A stretch of 64,000 bases of DNA from a virus. The notes under the pieces are model-generated. The model searched no databases. It was not told the origin of the DNA and saw only the letters and a list, made by a program, of their open reading frames with translations. Below are positions 18,185 to 27,857 of this stretch, piece by piece. Each line of letters opens with the position of its first letter. Positions within the stretch are counted from its first letter, which is position 1. The stretch is taken from the IMG/VR virus record IMGVR_UViG_2695420886_000004. One strand, given 5' to 3'. Position numbers and translations under genes: made by a program.

Positions 18185-19285
18185 ATGACGCACAAACCCT
18201 CCACCTCCCTTGCGCTCTGCGCTGCCCAGCCGCTCCCCGAAGGGGATGCGCCCGAGTGGGTGCATCTGTTGCCCTCGGCCGGTGGCACGATCTTCACCCG
18301 TGATGGGCGCGGCCCGTTCCGGGTCACTGATCCGGCCGCGATCATCGCCGCATCGCTGCAGGCCGATGAGCGTGACACCAAAGGTCTGATCATCGACGAA
18401 AACCACGCCGCTGATCATGCCGCCCCCTTGGGGCTGCCATCGCCTGCCCGTGGGCACATTGTCGCCATGGAGACCCGCGCTGACGGGATTTGGGGGAAAG
18501 TCATTTGGGGCGCGACCGGCGCGGCGCTGCTTGCCGAACGGGCTTATCGCGGGATCTCGCCCGCTATCATCCACACCCCCGATGGCACGGTGCGCCGGAT
18601 CGCGCGGGCCTCCCTCGTCAATTACCCCAACCTGCGCGGCCTCGTCGCGCTCAACTCGGAGTCCGACATGGATCTGACAAAACTGGCGCGCGCGCTCGGC
18701 CTTGCCGAAACCGCGACGCTCGAGGAAATCATCGCCGCGGTCGAAGCCCTGACCGGGGCGAAGGGCAAGCCGGAAGAGGATGTGGCCCTGCAGTCCGAGC
18801 TGGGCACGATCCTGGGCGTCGATGGCAACCGCGATGCGCTGATCGCCGCCACGCGCCTGGCGGTCTCGGGCAAGGACACGCTGATCGCGCTGCAGGCGCA
18901 GGTGACGGCGCAGGCGGCCGAGCTGAAAGGCATCCGCGATGCGGCGACCCGCACGGCGGCCGAGGCCTTCGTGGATGGCGAGATCGCCCGCAAACGGGTC
19001 GGTCTGAACGCCGCGAACCGGGACGAGTTCATTTCGCTGCACATGTCGCAGCCCGAGACGGCGCGCAAGCTGATCGAGGGCATGCCGGTCGCGGGCGAGA
19101 CGCACACCGCGCAGCTGCCGAGCGCGATCAAGACCGGCGGCGAATTCCTGTCGCTGAACGCCGAACAGCAGGGGCGCGTCCTGCATGACAAGGCGAAGGC
19201 CTTCCAGACCGGTCAGGCCGGGAAAGGCCTGACCGTCACCCTGATCGACGCCATCCAGCATGTCAAAAAGGAGATGCGGCTGTGA
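18185..19285 (+). CDS. Mu-like I protease/scaffold
   Basis: PEWVHLLP, RDGRGP, IDENHA, YRGISP, LVNYPNL. Confidence 0.9.
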   Translation: MTHKPSTSLALCAAQPLPEGDAPEWVHLLPSAGGTIFTRDGRGPFRVTDPAAIIAASLQADERDTKGLIIDENHAADHAAPLGLPSPARGHIVAMETRADGIWGKVIWGATGAALLAERAYRGISPAIIHTPDGTVRRIARASLVNYPNLRGLVALNSESDMDLTKLARALGLAETATLEEIIAAVEALTGAKGKPEEDVALQSELGTILGVDGNRDALIAATRLAVSGKDTLIALQAQVTAQAAELKGIRDAATRTAAEAFVDGEIARKRVGLNAANRDEFISLHMSQPETARKLIEGMPVAGETHTAQLPSAIKTGGEFLSLNAEQQGRVLHDKAKAFQTGQAGKGLTVTLIDAIQHVKKEMRL

Positions 19286-19665
19286 TCCCCACCCTGATCC
19301 GGGCCTATGAGGCCAGCGCCGCGATCGGCCCTTACAAGATCGCCAAGTTTTCCGATGCCGCGGCCAGCACCAAGATCGGCCCGGCTGCCGCTAACACCGA
19401 TCCGGTGCTGGGCGTGACCGGCCAGTTCGGCGGTGCCGTGGGCGACATGGTCGATGTCACGCAAAGCGGTATCGGTCAGGTCACGCTTGGCGGCACCGTC
19501 ACCGCGGGCGCCGAGCTGACCTCTGACGCCAACGGCAACGCCATCGCCGCCGTGCCCACCGCCGGTGTCTACATGTCCGTCGTTGGCAAGGCGCAGGCCC
19601 CCGGCGTGGCGGGCGACGTCATCGAAATCCTGGTCGGTCCGCGCGCGTTCTATCGCGGCGCCTGA
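19282..19665 (+). CDS. capsid decoration/cement protein (DUF2190-like)
   Basis: Gly/Ala-rich beta protein between protease and capsid. Confidence 0.72.
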   Translation: MIPTLIRAYEASAAIGPYKIAKFSDAAASTKIGPAAANTDPVLGVTGQFGGAVGDMVDVTQSGIGQVTLGGTVTAGAELTSDANGNAIAAVPTAGVYMSVVGKAQAPGVAGDVIEILVGPRAFYRGA

Positions 19666-19687
19666 TCCCCCACAGCAAGAGGTTCCC

Positions 19688-20662
19688 ATGGCCACCAGCC
19701 GCCCGTTCGTCGTCGATGCCACGCTTACCGCTGTGACGATCGGCTTCCAGAATGGCTCCGCGATGCGGATTGCCGACAAGGTTCTGCCCCGCCTGCCGGT
19801 GTCGAACGAAAAGTTCAAATACACGGTCTATCCGATCAGCGAGGCCTTCAACACGCCCGACGCCCGCGTCGGCCGCAAGGGCGCGGTCAAGCAGCTCGAA
19901 TTCAGCGGTGCCGAAGTGACCTCGGACGTTGCTGACTACGGTCTCGACAGTCCGATCCCGCAATCGGACATCGATGCCGCCAATGCGGCCAAGGCCGAGG
20001 GTCGGACGATCTATGACCCGGAAGCCCATGCGACCGAGATGCTGACCGAGACCATCGAGAACATCCGCGAGTTGCGGGTCGCGAACATGGTCTTCAACGC
20101 GGCCTCCTATGCCGCGAGCCGCCGGATCACGCTGTCGGGCATGTCGCAGTTTTCGGACTATGCGAACTCCGACCCGATCGGCGTGATCGCGGCCGGGATG
20201 GATGCGACCCTGATCTATCGCCCGAACACCGTCGTGATGGGCCGCGCGGTCTGGTCGAAGCTGTCTTCGCATCCCAAGATCGTCAACGCCGTCAAGGGCA
20301 ACGTCTCCAACCAGGGCCGGATCTCGATCGACCAGTTCAAGGAGCTGCTGGCGGGCGACGGGATCACCGAGGTCTTGGTCGGCGATGCCTGGGCGAACAC
20401 CGCCAAGCCGGGCCAGAACCCGGCGCTGGCGCGCACCTGGGGCAATCATCTGGCGCTTCTGCATCTCAATCCGCTGGCGAGCGTCGAACAGGGCGGCATC
20501 ACCTTCGGCTTCACGGCGCAGTTCGGCGACCGGCTGGCCGGGCGGATCGAGGATCCGGATATCGGCCTTCAGGGCGGTTTCCGCATCCGCGTCGGCGAGC
20601 GGGTGCGCGAGCTGATCTCGGCGCAGGACGTCGGCTATTTCGTGCAAAACGCCATCGCCTGA
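19688..20662 (+). CDS. major capsid protein (not Mu gpT-type; gpE-like by recall)
   Basis: Position; IADKVLPRLPV, PNTVVMG..VW..L..HP; no visible similarity to 61481..62371. Confidence 0.82.
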   Translation: MATSRPFVVDATLTAVTIGFQNGSAMRIADKVLPRLPVSNEKFKYTVYPISEAFNTPDARVGRKGAVKQLEFSGAEVTSDVADYGLDSPIPQSDIDAANAAKAEGRTIYDPEAHATEMLTETIENIRELRVANMVFNAASYAASRRITLSGMSQFSDYANSDPIGVIAAGMDATLIYRPNTVVMGRAVWSKLSSHPKIVNAVKGNVSNQGRISIDQFKELLAGDGITEVLVGDAWANTAKPGQNPALARTWGNHLALLHLNPLASVEQGGITFGFTAQFGDRLAGRIEDPDIGLQGGFRIRVGERVRELISAQDVGYFVQNAIA

Positions 20663-20723
20663 TTGGCCTGATGCGACCGCGGCATGGCGCCCCCGCGCCG
20701 TGCCCCCCCACCCAGAGGAGAAG

Positions 20724-20966
20724 ATGATGGCGAAGAAGCCCGAACCCGCCCCCGAACCCGATACGGTCACCGCCCAGGTGATCGACGCCCTCGACCATGA
20801 CCGCACGGTCTATGGCCCCGGCGACACCGTCGATCTGCCGCGGCCCGAAGCGCTCAAGTTGCGCGGCCTTGGCGTCGTGACCTTCGCCGCGGCCGCGACG
20901 GCCCCCGAGGCGCCCGCCGAGGAAGACGGCGCGACGGACCCCGTGCCGCCCGTCGAAGCCACCTGA
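20724..20966 (+). CDS. small head-associated protein
   Basis: SD GAGGAG; LDHDRTVYGPGDTVDL. Confidence 0.65.
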   Translation: MMAKKPEPAPEPDTVTAQVIDALDHDRTVYGPGDTVDLPRPEALKLRGLGVVTFAAAATAPEAPAEEDGATDPVPPVEAT

Positions 20967-21084
20967 GATTTCAGGCAGCGAGCAAACGTCCTCCCTCAGC
21001 GTGAGGCCGCAAGGCCAGGCAACAGCGCAAAAAGCGGGCGTGACCGCCGGGAGAGACCGGCCCCACCTTTCAGGATCAGCCCCC

Positions 21085-21513
21085 ATGACCTATGCGACGC
21101 AACAGCAGATGATTGATCGTTACGGCGCCCCGGCGCTGGTGATGCTGACCGACCGCGCCGAGATCGCCACCGGCGCGATCGATGCGGCGATGATCACCCG
21201 CGCGCTGGCCGATGCCGATGCGACGATCGACGGCTATCTGGCCCGCCACTATGCGCTGCCGCTGGCCAGCGTGCCGCCGCAGCTGCCGCCGATCGCGCAG
21301 GTGCTGGCCTGGTGGTCGCTGCACCTGACCGAGCCCGACGCCAAGACCAAGACCGACTATGAAACCGCCCTGCGCGTGCTGAAGGATATCGCCGATGGAC
21401 GCGTCAAGCTGGCCGTGGCGGGGGCCGAGCCGCAGACGACGGCGGCGAGCGGTGTGCGGATGACCGACCGGCCCCGCCCGCTCTCGGCCGAGAGCATGAA
21501 GGGCTTCGTCTGA
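21085..21513 (+). CDS. Mu gp36/DUF1320 head-tail adaptor
   Basis: MTYAT...IDRYG...IDGYL...Y.LPL; homolog at 62848..63276. Confidence 0.88.
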   Translation: MTYATQQQMIDRYGAPALVMLTDRAEIATGAIDAAMITRALADADATIDGYLARHYALPLASVPPQLPPIAQVLAWWSLHLTEPDAKTKTDYETALRVLKDIADGRVKLAVAGAEPQTTAASGVRMTDRPRPLSAESMKGFV

Positions 21514-21953
21514 TGGCCGATGTGGATGAAATCACCGCCCGGCTCAAGGAGCGTGTACCCGGTCTGGGCGGGCGCGCCTGGGGGGCTGCCGAGTTCGGCG
21601 CCCTGACCGCCACGGGCCAGCTGCCACAAGTGACCCCCGCCGCCCATGTCATCCCCACCGGGATCAAGGGCGGACCGCAGGCCCCCCGCACCGGGGCCTA
21701 TGTCCAGTCGATCGAGCGGCTTTATTCGGTCGTCCTGACCGTCAAGGCGGGGGATGTCTCGGGCGCCCGGGCGCTGCCGGTGATCGGCGAGCTGATCGCA
21801 GCCATCATCGCCGCTTTGGCAGGGTGGGACTGGGGCGGCCGCGTCGGCGTGATGACCTTCCGCGGCTGCACCCTGAACCGCGCCGTCGCAGGCGCCTTCG
21901 TCTACGACATCGCTTTTTCGATCCCCGATCAGCTGAGGTTCACCCCCACATGA
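21513..21953 (+). CDS. tail terminator/completion protein (gp37-like)
   Basis: Position; similar to 63273..63701. Confidence 0.7.
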   Translation: MADVDEITARLKERVPGLGGRAWGAAEFGALTATGQLPQVTPAAHVIPTGIKGGPQAPRTGAYVQSIERLYSVVLTVKAGDVSGARALPVIGELIAAIIAALAGWDWGGRVGVMTFRGCTLNRAVAGAFVYDIAFSIPDQLRFTPT

Positions 21954-22153
21954 GCAAGAGCAAAACCACGCCCGCGCCGTCCGTCCAACCCTACCCCGAC
22001 CGGGGCGGGTCGTTCGTCCTCGATGAGGGCAGCATGACCCTGACGCCCGTGCCCAAACCCGGCGAGACGGCGGATGACACCTCCGTTCAAGCCCCCGTTG
22101 AAACCGACGTTGAACCCGGGCCTGAGCCCACCCCCGAGCAGGAGCCGCAGTGA
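21950..22153 (+). CDS. small Pro-rich protein
   Basis: GGSFV motif, counterpart GGSYI at 63698..63859; precedes tail tube. Confidence 0.6.
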   Translation: MSKSKTTPAPSVQPYPDRGGSFVLDEGSMTLTPVPKPGETADDTSVQAPVETDVEPGPEPTPEQEPQ

Positions 22154-23118
22154 TGTCCGACCGTCTGACCCGCCGCGCCGCCGTCATGGCGAAAGTCGAA
22201 GCCGTCTACGGCACGGCCGAAACGACCTTTGCGGCCACCGATGCGGTGCTGCTGGTCAATCCGCCGTCCTTTGCGATCGAGCCGGACAACGTGCCGCGCA
22301 ATCTGGCGCTGCCCTGGCTTGGCAATTCGGAGGAGCTGCCCGCCACCCGCCGCGCCCGGCTCAAGTTCGACGTCGAACTGGTGGGCTCGGGCACGCCCGG
22401 CACTCCGCCCGCCTGGGGCAAGTTCCTGCGCGGCTGCGGCTTTGCCGAGACGATCGTGGCGGGCAACCGGGTCGAGTACACGCCGGTCAACACGGGCTTC
22501 GAGGGGCTGACCTTTCGGTTTTTCCGCGACGGCGTGCGGTATGTGGCGCGCGGCGGCCGTGGCACCGTCAAGCTCAATCTCGCCGCCTATGCGGTGCCCA
22601 CCGCCTCGTTCGAGTTCCAGGCCTTCGACACCTTGGCGGTGCCCGCCGGGGTGCCCGCGATCGACCTTTCGGCCTTCATCGCGCCCGAAGTGGTGACTGA
22701 TGCCGCCTCGGGCGACATCCGACTGGGCGCGACGCTGGCCACCGGGACGATCAGCGGTGGCCAGGTGCTGGCCTCCAAGGGCCTCACGATCGACATGGGC
22801 AACAAGGTCTCGCATCGCAAGATGCTGGGCGGCGAGCAGATCCGGATCGGGGACCGGAGCGTGTCTGGTCAGATGGCAGTCGATCTGACGGCCGAGGACG
22901 AGATCACCTGGCGCAGCGACATCAATGCGGTGGCGCTGACCTCGGTCGCGTTCCAGCATGGCACGGCCGCGGGCAAACGGATCGCGGTTTTCGGCGGCCG
23001 GGTGCAGCGGACCAATCCGCAAGCGATCGACGATGACGGGTCCGTGCTGATCCAAAGCGATCTGCGCTACCTCCCCGGCCCGACCGGCGCCCCCGAAATC
23101 ACCATCATCGCGAGGTAA
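22153..23118 (+). CDS. tail tube protein (siphovirus-type)
   Basis: K.E..YGT, ELVGSGTPGTPP.WG..LRGCG; no sheath gene. Confidence 0.82.
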   Translation: MSDRLTRRAAVMAKVEAVYGTAETTFAATDAVLLVNPPSFAIEPDNVPRNLALPWLGNSEELPATRRARLKFDVELVGSGTPGTPPAWGKFLRGCGFAETIVAGNRVEYTPVNTGFEGLTFRFFRDGVRYVARGGRGTVKLNLAAYAVPTASFEFQAFDTLAVPAGVPAIDLSAFIAPEVVTDAASGDIRLGATLATGTISGGQVLASKGLTIDMGNKVSHRKMLGGEQIRIGDRSVSGQMAVDLTAEDEITWRSDINAVALTSVAFQHGTAAGKRIAVFGGRVQRTNPQAIDDDGSVLIQSDLRYLPGPTGAPEITIIAR

Positions 23119-23122
23119 CCCC

Positions 23123-23560
23123 ATGTCCAATTCCGAAGACCTCGAAGCGCTCTTCCCCGGGCAGCGGCACATCACTATCGCGGGCGTCGCGGTTGCGCTC
23201 GGCCCGCTCAAGGTGCGCCAGTTCGGGGCTTTTTCCAAGGCGGCGGAGCCCTTTGCGGGGTTCGTCATCGCCGGCGATTATCTGGCGGCCGTGGTGCGGC
23301 ATTACGACGCCGTCATCGCGGCTCTGGAGATCGCCACCGGCCAGCCCGCGGCGGTGTTCGAGGACATGACCTCTGACCAGGTGATGCAGGTCCTGGCCGA
23401 TGTGATGGAGGTCAACCTGCGTTTTTTTGCCGAGCGCCTGCTGCCGGTGCGGGACCAGCTGCGCGAGCGGATGCAGGCGATCACCGGGAACTCGATTGGG
23501 CAACCGCCGTCGCTCGCCTCGTCCGCTGGGGACACGACCTTGCCGCCGTTGGAGAGCTGA
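23123..23560 (+). CDS. tail assembly chaperone
   Basis: Between tube and tape measure; EVNLRFF motif. Confidence 0.75.
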   Translation: MSNSEDLEALFPGQRHITIAGVAVALGPLKVRQFGAFSKAAEPFAGFVIAGDYLAAVVRHYDAVIAALEIATGQPAAVFEDMTSDQVMQVLADVMEVNLRFFAERLLPVRDQLRERMQAITGNSIGQPPSLASSAGDTTLPPLES

Positions 23561-23724
23561 CGGTCGATCAGGTCGAGGTCCTGATGCGCGGCCATCGCGC
23601 GGTGGACGAGATCGAGCATCGCAATCTGGTGGCCGCAATCCATGCCGCCTTTGCCGACACCCAGCCGCGTGCGGCCGCACCCCGGCCCGGCGCCCCCATC
23701 GACGGCGATATCCGCTACCTCTGA
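23377..23724 (+). CDS. -1 frame extension of tail chaperone (frameshift product)
   Basis: Open -1 frame with no start before ELDWATAVARLVRWGH...; T TTT TTT at 23422..23428. Confidence 0.6.
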   Translation, partial: PGDAGPGRCDGGQPAFFCRAPAAGAGPAARADAGDHRELDWATAVARLVRWGHDLAAVGELTVDQVEVLMRGHRAVDEIEHRNLVAAIHAAFADTQPRAAAPRPGAPIDGDIRYL

Positions 23725-23733
23725 GGACCCCAA

Positions 23734-26052
23734 ATGACCGACATGGTTGCAGCCTTCGAAATCCGTGCCAAGGCCGATCAGGCCAAGGCCGAGATGTCGC
23801 AAGTGCGGGGCGACCTTGAAAAGGTGGGCACCGCTGCCGAACAGGCAAGCCAGAAGGGCAAGCAGATCGGCTGGGGGCTGGTCGCGACATTGGGCAATCT
23901 CGGCCCGGTGTTGGATCCGATCCCACCAAAGGTGCACAGGATCGGCGATGCCCTCGACCCGCTGCCGCCAAAGGTGCGGGTGCTGCAAGGCGAGTTCGAG
24001 GCCCTCGGCACGGCCGCCGCGACGGGTGGAACGAATGTCAGCTACATGGCGCGACAGCTGGCTTTCCAGTTCAACCAGATGATGCAGATGGGGTCGGTGA
24101 CCGGCAATTACGTGCAGGCCATCGCCGTCCAGATCCCTGACATCGCGTCGAGCTTCGGCTTCTTGGGCACGATCATCGGCGGGATCGCCGGTGTGTCACT
24201 TCCGCTGCTGGTCAACGCGATCACCGGCACGGCGAACAGCGGCAAGGAGCTTGAGAAAACCGTCTCCGAAACCAATGAGGCCTTCGACGCTTACGCCAGA
24301 TATGCCGAGATCGCGGCGATGCAGACGCTGGAGCTTAAGGAGAAGTTCCACGGCTTCGCCAGCGAGGTGCAGGGGTTTGCCGGGTACATGAAGGGCCTGG
24401 AAACCAGCAAAGCCCTTGATGGGCTAAGCGATTCGATCGATCCCCTGAAGGGGAAACTGCTCGGCATCCAACAAACATTTGCAGAGCTGACCAAGGCGCA
24501 AGCGGCGCTCGCAGATGCGCAAAGCAACCCGATGGCGAGCTCGGAACAGGTCCTGCTTTACGCGGACAACGTGCGGATGCTGCAAGAGGAAGCCGATGCG
24601 GCGGCCGCCAAAATCGGGATGTCCGCTGAAGAGGCGCGCCAACTTGCGGATGCCATGGATGACGTCGGGGCCTCGACATCTTTCGTCGACGTGGCAGCAT
24701 CCGCCGGTGCTGCGCTGGCCATCATCCAGCAGATCTACCCTTCCGCCGACGATGTGCCCGTGCCGCTGCGCGATGCCGTCGCGGCTTTGGCCGACATGCA
24801 GCGCCGCGCGGCCGAGGCCTCGGACAGCCTGACCGTGGCGCAGACCATGGGCGATGCTTTGATGACAGCGCTCGACTCGGCTGCGGGGGCGGCGTCGATG
24901 TTGGGGGCCAGCGTGCCCGGCGCCGGTTGGCTGGACGGGGCGATCTCTGGCGCCTCGCGGCTGGCCTCGCAGCTTTGGGATGCGGCCAAGGCCCGGGCGG
25001 CCGCGACGGCGACGACGGATCCGACTGGCTTGACGGCGATGGACGACGAGCGCGGATCGCAGCGCCCGCAGGTGCACAGCGGCACCGGGTACACCCGCGA
25101 CCGGCTGCGCGCCGAAGCCCGCCGCGGGGCGGCCGGAGGCGGTGGCGGCGGCAGGTCGGTTGATCGCGACAGCTTCGACGCCGTGACCAAGGCGGCCGAA
25201 GAGGCGCTGGCGGCCATGGACCTGGCCATTGCCGCGATCCACGAAAAGGTCGCTTTGGGGCTGATGTCCACGGCCGAGGGCGAGGAGGCAATCTCGCGCG
25301 CCAAGGACCGCGCCGCGGCCTCGATCGCCGAGCTGATCCCGAAGATGCAGGCCGCCAATGACGTGTCGGGCGATCAGGCCGCCAAGGCCGTCGAAAAGTG
25401 GCGGCTCGAAGTGCGCGGACTTGCCGACGACTATGACGACGTCAATGACAAGATCTCCGAGTCCGCGAAGAAGGCCGCGCAGTCGAGCCTTTACGATTGG
25501 ATCCGGAGCGCCAAGGGCGGCAAGGATGCGATCAGCGATTTCGGGCAGCATGTGCTGGACACTTTTGCCCGCATCGCGTCGCAGCGCATCGCCGATGCCG
25601 TCTTCAACCCGATCATCGACAGCCTGGTGGGCGCGGTCTTCGGTCCGACGGCCGTGACGGCAAACGCCAAAGGCGGCGTCTATTCCGGTCCCGGCATCGC
25701 CGCCTACAGTGGCACGATCGTCGATCGGCCGACCCTTTTCGCCTTTGCCAAGGGGGCGGGGCTGATGGGCGAGGCAGGTCCCGAGGCGATCTTGCCGCTC
25801 GATCGCGATTCGACGGGCAAGCTCGGGGTGCGGGCTTCCGGTGGCGCGAGCGCTCCGGTGACGGTCAACGTCTACAACAATGCCCCCGGCACCAAGGCCA
25901 CGACGGCCGAGCGGCAGGAGGGCGGGGACCGGATCATCGACGTGATGATCGATCAGATCCGCGGCGTGATCGCCGAGGACATTGCCACGGGGCGCGGGCC
26001 GCTGCCCGCCGTCATGGCCGGGACCTATGGTCTGGGCCGGGTGGGGAGGTGA
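23734..26052 (+). CDS. tape measure protein
   Basis: 772 aa, Ala-rich helical; C-terminal NAKGGV...GLMGEAGPEAILPL. Confidence 0.88.
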   Translation: MTDMVAAFEIRAKADQAKAEMSQVRGDLEKVGTAAEQASQKGKQIGWGLVATLGNLGPVLDPIPPKVHRIGDALDPLPPKVRVLQGEFEALGTAAATGGTNVSYMARQLAFQFNQMMQMGSVTGNYVQAIAVQIPDIASSFGFLGTIIGGIAGVSLPLLVNAITGTANSGKELEKTVSETNEAFDAYARYAEIAAMQTLELKEKFHGFASEVQGFAGYMKGLETSKALDGLSDSIDPLKGKLLGIQQTFAELTKAQAALADAQSNPMASSEQVLLYADNVRMLQEEADAAAAKIGMSAEEARQLADAMDDVGASTSFVDVAASAGAALAIIQQIYPSADDVPVPLRDAVAALADMQRRAAEASDSLTVAQTMGDALMTALDSAAGAASMLGASVPGAGWLDGAISGASRLASQLWDAAKARAAATATTDPTGLTAMDDERGSQRPQVHSGTGYTRDRLRAEARRGAAGGGGGGRSVDRDSFDAVTKAAEEALAAMDLAIAAIHEKVALGLMSTAEGEEAISRAKDRAAASIAELIPKMQAANDVSGDQAAKAVEKWRLEVRGLADDYDDVNDKISESAKKAAQSSLYDWIRSAKGGKDAISDFGQHVLDTFARIASQRIADAVFNPIIDSLVGAVFGPTAVTANAKGGVYSGPGIAAYSGTIVDRPTLFAFAKGAGLMGEAGPEAILPLDRDSTGKLGVRASGGASAPVTVNVYNNAPGTKATTAERQEGGDRIIDVMIDQIRGVIAEDIATGRGPLPAVMAGTYGLGRVGR

Positions 26053-26054
26053 CG

Positions 26055-26954
26055 ATGCGCCGCTGGCCCGATGTGCTGCCCACCCCGTCATTCCCCGGCT
26101 TCGGCTTGACACCTTATGACGCCGTGCTGCGCACCGACTTCGATGTCGGCGCCGCCCGCGTGCGGCGCACGACCCTGGCGCGGGCCGACAAGATCAGCTG
26201 CGCCTGGATTTTCTCGGATGCCGAAATGGCGGCGTTCCGGGCCTGGTTCGACGATCTGCCCGTGTCGGTCGCGGGCGACAGTGACGATCTGCGCGGCTGG
26301 GATGCGTCGGCCGCGACGCTGACGATCGCCCCGCTGACCGGCCCGGACGGTTGCCTCGCAACCCGGATCACCCAGACAAGCGCCGTGGCATCGCACGCGG
26401 CCAGCAAGGCCTTTCCGGCGCTGGCGCGCGATTCCGTCGGCGTCGTGATCTGGCTCTCGATTGCCTCGACCAGCACAGGCTTTGCCCGGATCAGATGGAC
26501 GGATCGCGCGGGTCTGTCGATCGAGGTCACCCTCGATCTGGCCAGCGGCGCGGTCACGGACGCGGCCGCCGTCGTCAATGCCGTCAGCGCGCGCGACGCG
26601 GGCTATTGGCGGCTGCGGCTCGACCTGTCCACCGGCATCGGCGCGGCTGATCCGCGGTTGGCCCTGATCGTGATGGCAAGCGCCGCCACGGAAGAGTTCG
26701 GCGGGGCCGGGCGCAGCATCGATGTCTGCGAAGTGATGGTGCGCGCGCGGACCGGCTTTGACCTGTTCGTACGCTCCGGCGCCGACGGGCGCGCTTTGGG
26801 GGCTGCGGGCGGTTCCGCCTGGGCCGAGATGCCGATCGCCACTGGCGGCGGCTTTTCGTTCGTCGAGACCCGTTTCGTCGGTCCCTGGAGTGCCCAGGGC
26901 GGCGCCGGGCTCGAATGGTCCGTCACCGCGACCGTGGAGAGCCGCAATGCCTGA
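26055..26954 (+). CDS. distal tail (Dit-like) protein with inserted carbohydrate-binding-like domain
   Basis: WP..LP, LRTDFDVGAARVRR, FRAWF N-half and RFVGPW C-half split by a ~155-aa insert. Confidence 0.7.
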   Translation: MRRWPDVLPTPSFPGFGLTPYDAVLRTDFDVGAARVRRTTLARADKISCAWIFSDAEMAAFRAWFDDLPVSVAGDSDDLRGWDASAATLTIAPLTGPDGCLATRITQTSAVASHAASKAFPALARDSVGVVIWLSIASTSTGFARIRWTDRAGLSIEVTLDLASGAVTDAAAVVNAVSARDAGYWRLRLDLSTGIGAADPRLALIVMASAATEEFGGAGRSIDVCEVMVRARTGFDLFVRSGADGRALGAAGGSAWAEMPIATGGGFSFVETRFVGPWSAQGGAGLEWSVTATVESRNA

Positions 26955-27474
26955 TCCCGCCATGAGTGCCGCGATTCGCGAAGCTTATGCCTCGGCCCCC
27001 GTAGGTCAGGTGATCTGGGAGACCCTGGAGATCTGGCATCCGAGCTGGACCGTGCCGATCCGCGTCGTGCGGGATCGGGTGGCGCTGGATGCCCGGATCG
27101 AGGCCACGGCCGCGCGCAACCCGGGCGAGATCGTCACCTTCGTGCCCTGGGCTTTCGACTTTGTCGCCCCCGACCTGTCGCGCGCGGCGCCGCCGCAAGC
27201 CCGGCTGGAGATCGACAACGTCTCGCGCGAGATCGGGCGGCAGCTCGATGCGGCGATCATGGCGGGCGATGTGACGCTGGTGATCTGGCGCACTTATCTG
27301 TCTGGCCACCAGCTGGACGGCCCCGAGCATCTGCCGCCGGTGCAGATGGAGCTCAAGACCGTGACCCAGGGGCCGCTGCGGGTCACCGCCACGATCGGCT
27401 TCAGGGACCTGTTGAACGCGGCATTCCCGGCCCTTGAATACGAGGCCGAAATCTTCCCGGGGCTCGTGCCATGA
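26947..27474 (+). CDS. DUF1833 family tail protein
   Basis: AIREAYASAP...ETLEIWHPS...L.IDNVSR. Confidence 0.8.
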   Translation: MPDPAMSAAIREAYASAPVGQVIWETLEIWHPSWTVPIRVVRDRVALDARIEATAARNPGEIVTFVPWAFDFVAPDLSRAAPPQARLEIDNVSREIGRQLDAAIMAGDVTLVIWRTYLSGHQLDGPEHLPPVQMELKTVTQGPLRVTATIGFRDLLNAAFPALEYEAEIFPGLVP

Positions 27475-27857
27475 AACACTGGGCAGCAAATTACGTCGGG
27501 GCCGAGGCGTCTGACTGCTGGGCCTTCGCTAGGCGGGTCTGGGCGGAGCATTTCGGTCTCCATCTGCCGACGATGCCCTATGACCCGACCGATCCGCGGC
27601 TGGTGCGGCGGGCCTTCGGCGAGGCGCCGCAGCATGGCTGGGCGCAGGTCGGGGCGCCGCGCGAAGGCGATGCGGTGCTGATGACCAAAGGTGTGCGGCC
27701 CTGCCATATCGGCGTCTGGATCGAGGCCGAGAGCCGGGGGTGCCTGCATTGGGTCGAGAGGACCGGCGTGGTCTTTACCACCCGGGCCATGCTGCGCGAT
27801 CTGGGCTATGGGGTCTGCGGATACTGGCGTCATCCGGCGCTGGGAGGCCGCGCATGA
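27471..27857 (+). CDS. NlpC/P60 family tail protein
   Basis: DCWAF...PCHIGVW...LH triad pattern. Confidence 0.85.
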   Translation: MKHWAANYVGAEASDCWAFARRVWAEHFGLHLPTMPYDPTDPRLVRRAFGEAPQHGWAQVGAPREGDAVLMTKGVRPCHIGVWIEAESRGCLHWVERTGVVFTTRAMLRDLGYGVCGYWRHPALGGRA

